From the NCBI GenBank assembly GCA_029953675.1, contig JAMWBK010000006.1:1984001-2048000 (forward strand): 64,000 nucleotides of DNA, read 5' to 3'. Of the stretch, positions 24,364 through 37,899 are shown piece after piece; positions within the stretch are counted from its first letter, which is position 1, and each line of letters starts with the position of its first letter. This stretch comes from Rhodosorus marinus CCMP1338 (lineage: Eukaryota > Plantae > Rhodophyta). Under the pieces are notes generated by a model. The model saw nothing but the letters and a program-made list of their open reading frames with translations, ran no database searches and had not been told where the DNA came from. The translations under genes and the position numbers were made by a program.

Positions 24364-26614
24364 TTATTGATTTCTTCTGTTTGTGGAGATCTCGAGTTGC
24401 CCCTCGCTCTTGAAACCTGGCGTATCAGGGATTTCAGCTATCATGGACATGCCGTCATCTCCGCCGTTGCCGAAAAAGTTCTCCAGTACGGTGTCATCAG
24501 CAACGCCCTGGCGAAAATGCAGAGAATCAGCGTTCGGCATTTGACGGGGGGAAACCAGTTTTCGCGAAAGGTAGTATTCGACTTGAGACGGGAGGATTTG
24601 CACCACATACCTTCCTCATCTGCATGCCATCAAAGTTTATCGATTGGTGAAAGTTGTTCACCATGTCGGTCCCTGCATTACTGTTTCGTCCCACACCTAC
24701 GGATCCAGAAAGGCTTCCGAAGAAATCGGTTTCGTCGGGCATTCTACCAGCTGCTACGTTTGACTTGCTCGACTGTTTCGCTATTTCATTTGCCAGTCCT
24801 CGCTGTTGCCCCGCGGCCGCCATTCCGCTCATCATTGCGGTCCTTGGCGTCGTTGCTTGGTGCCTTTGAGCAGCGGCACCGGCACGCTTTCCTCCGCGCG
24901 ACCGGGGCCTTTCCAATGCACCCGCTGAAGTGTCCTGCTCAACGGTGCGCGGACGTCCTCGACCTGCCATCTTTTGCCCCGCCTCCTTTAGCAGAGAACC
25001 AACCTTATTCTCCACTGTCGCGGACTCAATCGTCTTGTCGTTCATACCCATCATCATGGGTACGAGCCCTTCGCCAACCGCGCTTCGAGAGGAAACGCTG
25101 TCGCCAGCTTTTCTGTCTACACCCATTAGGAACATATTTTCATCTGAAAGTGTAAGACCACAAGAAACCTCATCAGTTGTCAAAGACGTGGGCCAAATTC
25201 CAGTACACTCAGCTCGTTCTTGAGCAAGTAAGGTAGGCACTTGACCGGATGCGTAAAGCAACCTACCTGTGGGGTTTGTTGGCTCGGGACTTTTCATGAT
25301 AGTTCTGCTGCTCAGGACACTACGAAACAGGGATTCGGTAGCTTCATCCGTCAACTCACCCGGAAGCGCGGGCAGCACTTTCCCTCCAGGCCATAGTTTG
25401 TACTGTTCGTCCTGAGAATATAATAGACCTTGGCCAGTCAAGCAAAGCGGTTTGGCATCATTTGGTAGCTGCTCTCCTGCTTCGGCTGCGGCCTGAACAG
25501 CGGCTTGAGTCGCAGCAAGAATTGCGTTCCTATGTACAGATCTGTTTTCGCCTGCGGCTCCTCTTGTCGAGGTGCTTTCTAAGGCGGCAGAGTTGGAGCG
25601 CCCGCGCTTTGCTGCAGCAGTACTTTGATTTTGACTCCTTTTTCTGCCCAAGTTGCTCGTGTGAATGGAAGCTTCCGCCGCGTTCGTGCCGTCAAGTTTC
25701 TTCGACTCCTCGCTCATGTTTTGTTCATCCGATACCGCTGTCGTCTTCGCATCCCGGGCCTTTTTCGAAGCGCTCGTTCGTCCGTTACCCTGCACCGGAT
25801 ATCGATTGCCCCCGAAACCCAACGCATTCCCGATACCAATCCCATCCTGACCTTGCTGGGCTCTTATATCCGAGCTGCCGAGAACACCATGAAGCGGATT
25901 GGCCTCGGTCCCCGGCAAACTTGCCGATGGGCTAAATTCTGGTCTCCCCGGCCCAGGCGCATTGCCCATCTAAGGTTACGCAAATGCCAAAGCCGCGCGG
26001 TAAACGGTGAGACGCTTTAAACTTGACCGCCGAGAAGAGATGGTGCTCGCAAACCCCACGCTAACGCCTGCGGACGTCCATGAAAGCAAAACATAATATG
26101 AAACAAGGACAACTCTACGTACCATGTCTGCAATGCGTTGTCGTTGGTTATGATTACCAAAGCCTTGGACGTTGAACTCGGTTCGCTGCTCAATGGGCTG
26201 CATCTGGTCATGAGGAACAACCCCTTCAGCTTTCCCTGCCTGGGCGTCCTTATCCGTCATGGCCAATTTGTATCGAGATGAGAAAACATCCCAGAACATT
26301 CCAAACCTGATTGGCAGGCAAGCAATGTATTAAAAAAAAAGTCAATCAGGTGATGGATTGCACTGGTGCTCTAGATAATTCGCCAACGCATGATCCTCCC
26401 ATTCTTCAACCAACCATTCGAAAAGAAATCCCGAGGGCGTATCCACCGTCGGAAGCTGCAGGCGACATTTCTCGGCCCTGTCAGATGGTGTTATTGATTC
26501 AACCTCATCCTTCAAGGCCGACGCAGTTTTTGCAAAACCCCGCTTTGTTAAATAGTCATAAATATATGACGACAGAATCTCATCAGAACTATCCACCGGA
26601 TAAGCGGAATTCAT
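24364..26614 (-). CDS. LUFS/LisH-domain transcriptional co-regulator (LEUNIG/SSDP/Flo8-like, no WD40), multi-exon
   Basis: Spliced N-terminus DEILSSYIYDYLTKRGFAKTASAL..VDTPSGFLFEWFGMFWDVFSSR matches the LUFS motif. The remainder is low-complexity (G/S/A/M/N-rich). Confidence 0.8.
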
Positions 26615-29600
26615 TCCCCCCCTCCCGCCCAGTCCGGGCCCCCTAAAACAGAAAAACCTTCCAAAACAAACTCGCTTCAACGAGCAAGTATGACCTTCCC
26701 TTTCACCACCACTTCACTTCTTCCAACCTCTCTCTCCAAACCACCCCCCCACCCAAAAAAAAAAGAAAACGAAGACAAAAGATGCAAGAACAACACCTCC
26801 AGAGACAAAACAAAGAAGAAAAACAAACTCAAACGATGCTGTTACACCATAAATACTGAAGCTTCCTCCCCATCGCCACCACCACCCTCCCCTCCCCCCA
26901 TATACCCCGGAGCAAAAACACTACTTCTAGTTCCCTTTCCTCGTTCCCGCTCCAGCTTCGAAACAATCAAAACCCTTCTATCTAAAAAACGTACGTCATG
27001 TACGTCCCCTTCGCAGCAACTCAAACTACTCCAAAACCCCCTTTGTCATCAACAAGGACCACCCTCCACGACGCTCCCCAAACTGTAATATAAGCGGGAG
27101 TGGACACCCTATCGAACCTAACCAAGCCCCCTTCTATGCTTTCAAAAAGCCTGAGAACTCTTTGCTACTCACACACTTAAAACCTAAAATCTTCTTCCCC
27201 TCAAAAACTCCCATGACCATCTACCACTACCCGCAAAACTTGCTCTAAAGACTAGCGACAGTGATGCCCAGGAGAAAACGTCGAGGAGCAGCAAAACCCC
27301 CCCAAAGAGCTTTACATCATTGCAACAGCACTTTCAAGACTTTCAGGAGGCGCTCTTTCTCATCATCACTAGAATTCTGCTTTCTGCTGTTTTCATCCCA
27401 TGAGATGCAGACGATAAAGGCATTTGAGCACATAACGATATCTAGGGGCTTGTAGCACTCTGAACTCTCTAAGATTACTGGCAATCAAGTCTTTCGGCGC
27501 GTCTCTCCATCTTTTCCATCGCTGGACACGCAGTATCCACCTACTAACCTGCTAAGATGAAGGGTTTTTACTTTTTCGTCTTTTCTTTGTTTTCTTGGTG
27601 AAGACCAAAAGAATACGTTGTGTAGGCTCATCCGTATTGTCGTTCTGTTTGTTTACTCATTAGGCTTTGCTCTTTGCTGCTGGAGTGCTTGCCAAGCTCC
27701 CTCACCCACATTAGTACAGGTAGCCTTTCAACGGAGAAGTTGGTAAAAAGGAACCCATAGCAGTGACGCCAATTTATATCTTTCACGACCAGTGTTCACT
27801 CCCCCTATTAGAAGTTATGAATTCAATTTAATCGTTTTTAAAAACTTATTATTCATGATACGATTTTCGTCATGGGGAGGGTATAGTTGTTTTAAGAAGG
27901 GTTGCTCGAAACGCGATGAACGAGCTGGGAGAGCTGGTTTGGAGTGGCCTGTCTCAACCTATCTTCGTAGCTTCAGAGGGGAGGGCTTGCTTAGTGAGGA
28001 GGGTTAGGTTGAGAAAACTCCTGGGAACTAAGAAGCTCGTACGGATTTTTGGTTTGCAGAACCTACTTGAAGACTGCAGCTAGGACAACTGGGCGAGTGG
28101 AGAGGAAGATACGGGGAGTACACCAAGTTTCCTTGCGTGGATTCGAAGTTGAAGTGGGATCAGTGCGCCATTGTCTTTTCAGTATCTTGCTGTCCATTCG
28201 CTCCCTCCTTTCGTTTTGCCAGATCACCTTTGTGGTAGAACGAAGGTTGTAGTCGTACATTTCCTCGGATCCGGGTTGCTCGCGCAAATTCGATCTGTTC
28301 GTTTTGGCATTGTCCGAGATTCGTGATTCATACCAATGGTATTTGTTCCACTGATTCGTTGGTTGTTGCGTGGCTCCATTCAAGAAACGGTGAGGGCATA
28401 GATCAGCAACTTGCGCTTTTTTCGACACACGTGTAAAGACAGTGCGGGTCCCATTCTTCCGAAGCAGCACGTGCAAGTGTCAGTTATTTAGACCGTTGAT
28501 ATTCCTTTCTCCTTGATCCAGGACTATTGGGTGGGTACTCACTGGTAGCAATGAACTTAGACGAGGTCACAAAATCGATCTGCAGGACAAATTCACAGTT
28601 GCGTCTGTTGTTGTCAGCATCTCATGTAATTCCCTCAAGACTCCATTTCCACTCTGTGACGAATGGAGTTGAACAACGCTTCGGAGACAGTCCGCAATTA
28701 TTGCAGAATCCCTCAGCAGTATCCTTTTCGGGTGAACCTTTCATCCAGTCAAGACACCTCGAGGGAAGCGGTACCTTTCTTGCCGCCGTCGGTTCGAGTA
28801 CTCAGCGTCAACAAACTTATCGCCACTCTGCAGGTCGCACGGGAACAGGCTCTACCACCTGCTCACCTTTCACAATTGTACTGCATCCACTCACTCTTTC
28901 CGTCAAGTTCGGGGGGATTTTCACAGAGTACGCCAATAGGCAGCAGGGGTTTGGGACCTGTTGTCAGCTATGCCAGCCAGGATCAAAACCGTCGCATGTG
29001 TGGTAGGCATGGACGCACTACTGGAGAGTGGATTTAGTAGGTAGGCAGAGACCCTAGAACCTGCGGTCGGGATCATCAAGCATTTCCTCTCAGTACACGC
29101 AGCAGTATGCTTGATTGGTAGGATTAGGATACGGGTCAACCACGAGTCCCACGAGACTAGTCCTGCTCGGTAGTGATATTAAAGATACTGAGGATCCCTT
29201 CGAAGGGGCCACGACTACAGCATCCATTCCAATGCGAACAGAAATGCATATTGCTGACCAACGACTTGGTATATGACAGAGCTACATCACGAGGGTTGAT
29301 GCCAGTCACGGGATTGTGTCGCAGGTTAGCGCTGTTCGGGGTGGGATGTCGTTGGCGCGTTGATTTGTGAAGGAAAAACGAGCATCGTCTAAGGAAGGAA
29401 CTTAAATTACTTATACTGGGTAAGCCAAACAACAGAGTATGTCCCGCTAAAGCGCGCTCGGAGAATTTCAGTGTTTGGGTTCATAGCCAATATTCAGCTA
29501 TGAGAGCAATCAAATCACAGACCAAGGCTATGCAACTAGAGCTTAAACTGCAATCCGCTCGGCTCTCAGTGAAACGAGTTCAGATACACCTCCGTGAACA

Positions 29601-30044
29601 CCTGTTCCGGTCGCCAACCAGTGCATCGCTCTCGCAGACATTGCTAGCTGTACATCAGTTGTACATCTGTCGTACATCAGTTCACAACACACCACGAGCT
29701 CAACTTTATCATTCCCCCCCCCCATCAAAAAAAGAAAGTTAAAAATATTAGGGAGGATTCTGAGTGCACATTGATATTCCTGAAATAATTATGCTTTTAT
29801 CAAAAAGCAATCAAATCTGAACTGTGTTATCCAATCAGATGAATACGGCTTCGAATACACCATATAATTCTGTAATTCACGCTACCTTTTTTTTATGTGG
29901 AGATTGCGAGGAAATTATTTTGGAATCACGTTTGTCGGTTTGGTCTTTATATTCTTTAATGGCGTAGTTTTTGGTGGATGTTGTGAAACGTAATGGGTTT
30001 CATGTGTTGGGGTTAGGGTTTTTGGTGGGGGACAGGGGCTGCTG

Positions 30045-30680
30045 ATGATGAAGGACAAAATGCACTTGAAGTATTCCGATTGTAAACGAAAGGGTGGGTG
30101 GGGGGGGGGAAGACTCCCTATATTTTTGTGGACCGTGTTGATTGATGTTGTCTTGACCATCGTAGCGGTAGAGGAAGGCTTGCGTTTTGTTCGTACAGGA
30201 TCATGGCAAGGGAACTTGTTCGTGGAGAACCTTTCGCGTGGTATGAAATTACAGTCATATTGGAGGGCTCAACGTGCTCCTTTGAAATCAGTAATCTCTC
30301 TTGCAGTGGGCTTGTGGAGTCAAGAGTGCGGTGACACAGTGAGCTTGAAGACGACGGATGCTTCGAGCGATGGTGATCATCAATAAGCACATGGGATCCT
30401 TTGGCCAGGCGTCTACGTGTTGGACGCGCTGCTCTAGTGGCTTCCCCACATCACCCTTCTTGCACTTGCCAGGCGGGAGACAGTCCTGTGGGACGAGCAA
30501 AATTTCGGCAACGTCGGCAACGTCGCTACTCACTTTAGGAAGATGAACTCGTCGTGGGTAAAAGAACACTCTGCGCTTTCTGGAATCCCGAAAAAACCGC
30601 TCACCAAGTGTTTCTCTTTGACAGACAGCCAGTTCAAGGAACTTCAAGCTGTCAGAGACAAGCTGCTGATTAGCGATTGA
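30045..30680 (+). pseudogene. Nonsense-interrupted gene relic
   Basis: One frame of about 212 codons with only two internal stops (TAA 30384-86, TAG 30435-37): ..AHGILWPGVYVLDALL*WLPHITLL..FKELQAVRDKLLISD. Preceded by a G/T-skewed leader. Confidence 0.5.
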
Positions 30681-32808
30681 CCTTAATATAGAATATTCCT
30701 ATCGCATTTATCCAATATTATTAGGACGTATGTGACTACTTTTTGGAACCAAGGCCATGTTCGGGGTACCCAACTTGCTCGTATTCTGCCGAGAACGTGG
30801 GGAGGGAAACATGCCTAGTCAATTGCACCATACAAGAATTCCCCACCCCAAATTTTGACGCAAATCCAACCCGTAGAATTTATTTTGTCACCATGAAGAT
30901 CACTTCTTTCTTCCCCATAAAGGCTTGCAATATTTCCCTTTTTTTGGAACCTTATGAAGTCGTTAATGTTCAGCGGGGTACAAAGCGCTCATATAGTGCT
31001 TAGGGGTTGAACAAAATTTTCCCCAGCATTCCCAGCCCCCTCTCCGTGGATTGTTATATGCAGCCTCTAAGCACCACTCACTCTTTCCACTCATTCTTAA
31101 AAATTTAGCCCCCCAATCCATCCCATATTGCACACAATCCCATTTCTGCATAAAATATCGAGCGTTTCTGCTCGTTCCAGAAACATGTGGTACGAACTCG
31201 CTAGAAGACCAACCAATCAACACTGAGCATAAAATGCAATTAACAAATCACAGAAAAGTATCTGTTCAAAGCGCCTCGTAGCGAACATGAATTTACCAAA
31301 ATTAAATAAATCTCCGCTACTTCCCCGTCAAACACACTCAACCCCCCCCTCAACAAATCCAAAAAGAATTTTAATATGATATTAATCTAAAGAAATATAT
31401 ATAAACCTCAACACTTGGGCGTGTTTGCTTGTAATCCACACATCTCATGAGCGGGCATTTCAATTTTTATTCAAAAAATGAGGTTGAACGGGGTCCCCTA
31501 CCCCGAAGAAACTAATTTAATTTATGTTTTTGCTGGCCAATCTTCCTAAATAGAGATTGCCGTTTAAACGCCCAGAAAATTATGGCAGATGAAATACGGT
31601 TTTTGTATTTAGAATATTTATATGTAGTTTTGTGGGGGATATAATCGATTTTACCAACCCCCTCCAATTCCAACCCACAGGAAATTAGGCACAGCCAATA
31701 TTACTCTACCCAATTAGAAACGAGGTTGAGGGACCAAAATGAGAAGGTGGTCCAGATTGACGTGGGGGGGGGAAGGAGATGTATGGTTTAGTGGGGTCAG
31801 ACTTTGGTATGTTGGCAGGCGGCTTTTTATGCTTTTGTGAAGTGGTGGTCTATTTGGCGTTGCATTTGGGGGGCGTTTTGGGTTTGTAAGGTTTAGGGCT
31901 GGTGGTAGAGAGCATCAGGGTTTGTGTGTCACAATTTTGGACGGTAGATCCTAGGGATGAGGAAGGATTTGTTTGAGGGAGGAACAGGGATGGTTATGAA
32001 GTGAGGGACTGGTTGTTTCGGTTTTTTTTTTCGGTTTTTGGTAGTGTTTTTTCGTCTTCTGGGGTTTTGGATATGGTAAGCTAGGTGTTTCTGGCGGATA
32101 CGGGTTTTGGTCCGAACGTTGATGAGGCCGGGAAGGTTTTGAATGAGGACAATGACGATTGGGTTGCACAGTCTTCTGGTTTGAGGGCTCGGAGCGGTTT
32201 GGGGTTTTGGTTTCAGACTAGGTGCTTTGGAAAAGAGCGTGGAGACATGCGCTAGGGAGAGTGGTCTCCCGTTTTTGTTGGTTTCTTAGGGTTTTTTTGG
32301 GACGTGGGGAAGGGGTTTTGAGTGCAACTTCTTGCTAGTGGCGGGCCGGGGTAGGCGGGCGGGCTAGCTCGTCTTTCTGTTGCTGAGGGGGTAGAGAAAT
32401 GGAAGCTCGGGATTTTTCCGAGCAGAATAATACGAATGAAATGGTACGGTCGCCCGCTCAGAAACACGTTCCCGCCTTGGTCTATCTTTCGCCTTAAGGA
32501 TTTTAGTTCACTCTACTTAGCTGTGGTTTAGCGACATCACATTGGCATGTTGATGCTGGATTGCTGACCCAGAGTTGAATCTAACCTGTAGCCTGCTCGA
32601 GTTTTTTCTGTTTGACGTTCATTACTTCTACTTCTGGGTTTGCCAGAGTTCGGACTGACAGTGACCAAACTCTAGGGCGCAGTTGTTGTTAGTCCGCGTT
32701 GAAACTGTACTAACCTCTCCTTCTGCTTCCTCATTCGAATTGCAGTGGCGAGAAGGAGAAGCCAATCCAGGAGACTTTCTTCCCATAGAAGAGGAAGGGG
32801 AGACCAAA

Positions 32809-33801
32809 ATGAATTCGAATACGGGTGAAAATGAGTACCTACTATTCAATCTGGATTCAGAAGCAGCTGTTGTGCAGTCCAACATCGATTATAATCCAAT
32901 GGAAGAGACAGACATGGTGAACGTGAACATGATTCTCAATGATGGGGACGCCAACGGTGGCGGTGAATTTGTCAACGGTTCGTTTCAGAATTCCAATTGG
33001 CAGATGGAGGAGGAGTATGATCAGTCGACGTACGAAAACGGAAATTCTGGTTCCACGGCATCAATTTCGAACGCGGCAACGACAGACTGGTCTACGGGAG
33101 GTTCGTCGATGCAGGTGGGTGATGGAAAATCAACTAGCGATGTCAGTCAACCGAAGGATGCAAACAGAAAGAATCCAAAGGGGCAGCAGTCAACATCATC
33201 TGCGAAGAGGAAACGTGGTGCAAACAGTAGGGAAAATACTAAGGGAAAGCCGAAGGTTGTTGTGCAAACCGCCAAGTGCCGACTTTGCAATAGGGAGACT
33301 GCTACAAACGGGGCGAATTTCAAGCGACACGAGGAGGCGTGCATGAGGCACAAGAAATTAATACCGCCATCCGGGTCGCCCTTGAAGAGCAGTTCAGCTT
33401 TGACAAAGTCGGAAACACCTCCAGAGAGTTTGCAGCAAAGCGTGGGACAGGGTATGCAGCAGAAGGAGGTACCGTACCAAGGCTCAGTGAGGAAATGCGA
33501 GCCCGTAGAAGAAGTAACTGTCAACGAAGCACCTCCGATGATGATGGGAGGACAGCGGGATAGAGAAATGTCGAACAGAATACGACGACTTGAAGGCGTT
33601 ATTTCAACAATAGACGTGCAAGCGAGGGTATCCTTACGGGACTCTCTAGTTTCTCTTTCGAATAAGGCGGCGAATCCTAACTATCCACGAACGCCAGAGC
33701 AAGAGGAGTTGAACCGGACCGCTGAGTATCTAGTTTTGAGAATGTTGTTTTCCTCAAAGCATGAGATGCACGGTAGACCAGCTGAGTCATTTGAGCCCTG
33801 A
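32809..33801 (+). CDS. LNK-like protein with C2HC/BED-like zinc finger
   Basis: Open frame 32683-33801. Acidic N-terminus, basic NLS (KRKRG), CRLC-x13-H-x3-C finger. C-terminal RRLEGVISTIDVQARVSLRDSLVSLSNKA..LNRTAEYLVLRMLF aligns by eye with the plant LNK R1/R2 motifs. Start codon uncertain. Confidence 0.7.
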   Translation: MNSNTGENEYLLFNLDSEAAVVQSNIDYNPMEETDMVNVNMILNDGDANGGGEFVNGSFQNSNWQMEEEYDQSTYENGNSGSTASISNAATTDWSTGGSSMQVGDGKSTSDVSQPKDANRKNPKGQQSTSSAKRKRGANSRENTKGKPKVVVQTAKCRLCNRETATNGANFKRHEEACMRHKKLIPPSGSPLKSSSALTKSETPPESLQQSVGQGMQQKEVPYQGSVRKCEPVEEVTVNEAPPMMMGGQRDREMSNRIRRLEGVISTIDVQARVSLRDSLVSLSNKAANPNYPRTPEQEELNRTAEYLVLRMLFSSKHEMHGRPAESFEP

Positions 33802-34388
33802 CTAACACGGTTGAGGGGAACTTGAAAATTTTGTCACCAGGCTTGTTTCAAAGTGACGAATTCATGTCGTTTCCAGTCAGCGCGTGCAGTGCTCTTGGTC
33901 AAACCTGCGAGAACGTGCGTACTACTATTTATTTTCACAACTTTTGCGAATTTCCGCTTGTACCTGTAAGATCTGTTCGGCAAGAAGCAGCCGATTTTTT
34001 TTGGTTTTTTTTGGAGACGAGTTTGCATGGGGCACCCCGGGCTAGGTAGTTGTCAGGCGTTCCTCTCTTTCAGAGTTGAGGGCAGGACGACGGCGTCGGA
34101 AGGAAAGCCAAACCTAAAAATGTATCATAGATACTACACGCAACTTTTCGCCCTGCTGGGCTTTCGGCTTTCTTGCACCAGATGTAAATTTGAGAGTGAA
34201 TTAATAGCTTCTTCCGTGAACAAGTAAATGTTGTTGCTTTCGATGAATGGCAGATCCTGAACCGGCGTGGTTGGGGCGGAAAAGCGGACTACGACCTTCG
34301 TGTTCACAGTTCATCGTTTTATAACTTAGCCGAGAGGTGTTAGGGTTTCTTAGCAATCTCATATTAGTCGCCGAAGATTTTCTTAGAG

Positions 34389-36173
34389 TTAGGCACCCCT
34401 TTTCCGACGCTTATGCAGCGGTGTTTGGCCACCCATTGCTGGACCCGCTGACGAACTCGCCGGCGTGAGCGCATGTGGGGTTGCCGCTCCAGCTGCACCC
34501 TCTTCGTGCTTCCTCTTCTTATGTGACAGGTTGATTCCTGGAGGAGGAGCGGGCGGTGCTTCCTTCTTCAGTTTTGCCAGTTTGACTTTGAGAACGTGCA
34601 CCTCCTCCTCCTTTCGAGTGACAGTCCGCTGCATCTCAATATGGGCGAGGATCTCAACTCTCAACATATCATAGGCGTCAACGACCGCGGCTGTCGCCAT
34701 CGGCCTCAGCCCTACTTTCAACTCGTCAAGAAGAATCTAAGCAGTACCAAAAACGAGAAAAGCTTAGCAATCGCTACCTTTCTATGGAGGAATCTGCTTC
34801 TCAAGGGTGAATTTTCTTGCGGTCGATTGACTCCATGCCGCAGAAAGAGCGGGAGAGTCGTTCCTACCTCAACTCGTTTCGCAAGTCGTGCAGACTGCTT
34901 GATGCTCTGGTAAATGAAACTGCTCCGAGCGTGGGCACAGTTCCAAGACTTTCTGTGCTGGAAGCTCTTGGTTGGAAGGGTGAGTATTGGTTCCACAGTC
35001 CCCGGAATCGTCATCTTCATCGATTTCGATTTGTGCCCTCTGGATGGGCCTGCGTCGTCAACATCAGTGACAGCAATATCTCCAGCTGGGAGTAAAAGTT
35101 TCTGGATCCGTTGTCTCTCCTTCAGGATCCGCTTCCTATTTGCCTCGATTCGTCGTGCCTCTCTTACTGTCTCCTCTTCTTGTCGCAGCTCGCCCTGTTT
35201 CACCAATCACGTAGGCAAAATCACATTTAGCAACCACAGCCCGAAGATTGTTCTGGGGGAAAGGCGCAAAATTGAAACACAATACCTTTGACCTTCTATA
35301 CTGGGCCTCAAGCTGCCTTTTTCTGAGCATTTCGTATTCTACATCGTACGGATTCAAAACGATCGCAGAGCAATGCTTTGCAAAAGCCCCAGTTGGTGCC
35401 GGTTGCTTGGCCTTCTGTCGACTTTCCAGAATTTTCCTGGCTACGCTGAAGTACCTAGAGAACACACCAGACGAGCGACATTTGACCTATTTTCAGAGAC
35501 TTCATCAAGAACAAGAACAAGCAAACCCAGCTCATCCTACCGATCCTTCAGTTCATCCGTCGATCTCCGCTTGAACTTCGGTGGCCATCGATCGTTGATG
35601 ACCACAAACCGCAGATCATACTCCAAGCACATCTTGAAGAGTTCGTCAGTCTCCTCCCTCGTCCAAGGCTCAAATCCGTTTGGCTCCTTCTCAGTCTTCT
35701 TCGGTAGCGGCTGGAAGTTGTTCAGCATTGACTTGTAGTCCTCGTCGCTGTACTCTACAATTTTCACTTTGCGGTTGAACTTGGCAAATGGATATTCACC
35801 CACTGTTTCATCTTTTGTCCATTGACTTAACTTGAGTTCGTCTGTTCTTGCCGAGTTAGAAAACTCTTTTCGATGCCATGAGACCTGAAACAAGCCCACA
35901 AGGAATTAATTAGAAAAGATTCTATTTTCTATTGATATTAGGAATACTGCTACTACACTCGTGTACCTTCTGCTGTGGTTTTTCCTTGAAGGAAACGGTA
36001 GGCGCTATCGTCGGACTCGAATTTATCCCTCCGCCCAAGTGCAGCAGTTCCCTTGGTACACCCTCCTTCTTCCTTGAGACTGGTGGTGGTGGGGAAGCCG
36101 CAAACTCTGTGGGCAAACCCGAACCAGAAGGAACCTTCTTCGGAATCCCAAGGATGTCCTTCGCAAAAGACAT
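34389..36173 (-). CDS. SWC4: SWR1/NuA4 subunit SWC4/DMAP1/EAF2, multi-exon
   Basis: MSFAKDILG..KKEGVPREL, WHRKEFSNSARTDELKLSQW, YPFAKFNRKV, SANT-like WTREETDELFKMCLEYDLRFVVINDRW..RSTDELKDRYFSV, YDVEYEMLRKRQL, VVDAYDMLRVEIL. Confidence 0.92.
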
Positions 36174-37899
36174 CCTCAAAAACCGTTAGCAAGCCTAAAC
36201 TCTTGACTACACCTCAACCAAACACACCTCCGGTGTGCCGTGCTACGCACACAAAAACCTCGTCCGTCCTCAACACTGGATCAAAAGCAGAAAGTCTTCA
36301 TACGGATGAAGTTCATTCATTCCGTTCAAGCAAGCTATTCCGTCTACGGAGAGACGGAAGCCCTCTTCAACCTGTCCGCTCTCACATCACCAATCCGAAT
36401 CACGTTGGAACCCGTTCCTCACCCTGAAGTCCACCAGTGTTTCCGGAGGAAAAAGCTGGAATTTCGAAAACGACTACTAGCAAAAGAAGCAGAATTGCGA
36501 AGAAAGGAACCGAGACACAACATAGAAGAGCTCGTGAAGACTGTACTACGATGGGGAAGACCATCATGGTGGTTCAGGTTCTCCCTACGAGGTGCCGTTC
36601 AAAGAGAACAGTTCCCAAACATTCTGTTCTTCGGACCCAACTTCTTTTTGCACGGATTCGCGAAACACAAAGCCAGTTATATTCTCACAGTCATTCACAG
36701 ATTTTTCTACAGAGCTCAGAATATCTTGGATGGTCAAAGCTTCACCTCATCTACTGTCCCTAACTTTCCATCGATGTAGACGCTTTACTTCCTTCAGTTG
36801 CTAAATCTCCTCTCCTACCCTCGGAAAACAATGAAATCGGAATTCTTCCATTTAGATTGCAAACGTGGAAATTGACTGACCGTCATTGAGGTTGAGAATC
36901 ATAGTTTTGTAGTTGAGCGATGATTCACCATTCGCAGAACAGATGATACTCAAGCACTCACGACCAGTTTTATGAGTTTCAATAAGCCGATTCTCCCTTT
37001 GCAGACCAAAGATCTCAGGATCAGGTAGCTCGTTGTTAGCTTCCGGTCATTGAAAGCCTGTTTTAACTTGACCGCTACCATGATGCTTGTGTGGACCGAT
37101 AGTTGTCGAAGCTGTTTGAAATGCGGAGTGCCACATATCGGCTAGGCTCTGGTCAAGCCCGTTACCCTAGTGTGGGGCCCTCCTGAGCAGTAGCTGAGTC
37201 AACTTAGAAAATTCTACCGCAATTGGCTCACTGCGTGTAGGAGGACTTGATACTTAGGCTACCTATTTATCACTTCCTAGTATTATTGTAAAGAAAGCAA
37301 CGATCTGGACACAAGTACCAGCAGTGTCACCGGCACGTCAGTTCTGGTGCTAAAGTGAGACCAGGGAGAGCACTAGAATGCACTGGTCCATTTGTTTGCT
37401 GTGGAAGATGGGAAGAAGACATGAACTCGTTTTTCTACCGAACGATTTTTCGACCTTCGCACCACGCATTGATGAAGATATTCGACTTCCCAGCGGACGT
37501 TGGATGTCTCTCAAGTGGTCAAAATCAGTATCATCTAGAAATTGGCCTTGCATATGACGGTTTGCGTAACTTGAAAATCTGCCCCTGAAACTGCTCATAC
37601 CCAATAACTGGCTTCGGCCTTCTCACAGATAGATCGCGCTATAAACTCTGACAACCCCCCTGTTTTTGAAACAGTGCTCCATTACGGATGTCAAGTAACA
37701 TGCTGTTTTGATGGAAAGGCTGAGCGCGGTAACTCACCGGAAACAGGATACTCGAGGTGCTTTGTATGCGAAACCAGAGCCCTGTAGTGGTCTGAACGCT
37801 GATCTGGGATTCTGCTTTGTTTGTGGACGCGCGTCATCAGCGTCTTGTCTCTCGCTTCTCAGGGTAGTTAGCCTCTGAATAAACGGATCTGGGAATAAT

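Noticed and set aside
30045-30680. Alternative genetic code (TAA/TAG read as Gln) to explain the interrupted frames
   Set aside because: Conserved genes end normally at TAA (NOP58, PGM, CIA1), TAG (NDUFV2, SSR3) and TGA (VPS26, GDI).
33626-33640. GTATCCTT as a U12-type intron donor
   Set aside because: It lies in frame within the conserved RVSLRDSL motif; no intron is needed.
7370-34360. Scattered TTAGGG/CCCTAA-like words as interstitial telomeres
   Set aside because: Single occurrences explained by the G/T skew; no tandem arrays.
36240-36779. 179-aa + strand ORF as a real gene
   Set aside because: No recognisable motif. Its 5' part lies in the C/A-skewed leader of SWC4, and the opposite strand looks more protein-like.
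36918-36937. ATGAT followed by CCATTCGCAG, resembling U14 domain A
   Set aside because: The match stops at 10 nt, and there is no domain B (CCTTCCTTGGATGTCTGA) or box D stem.
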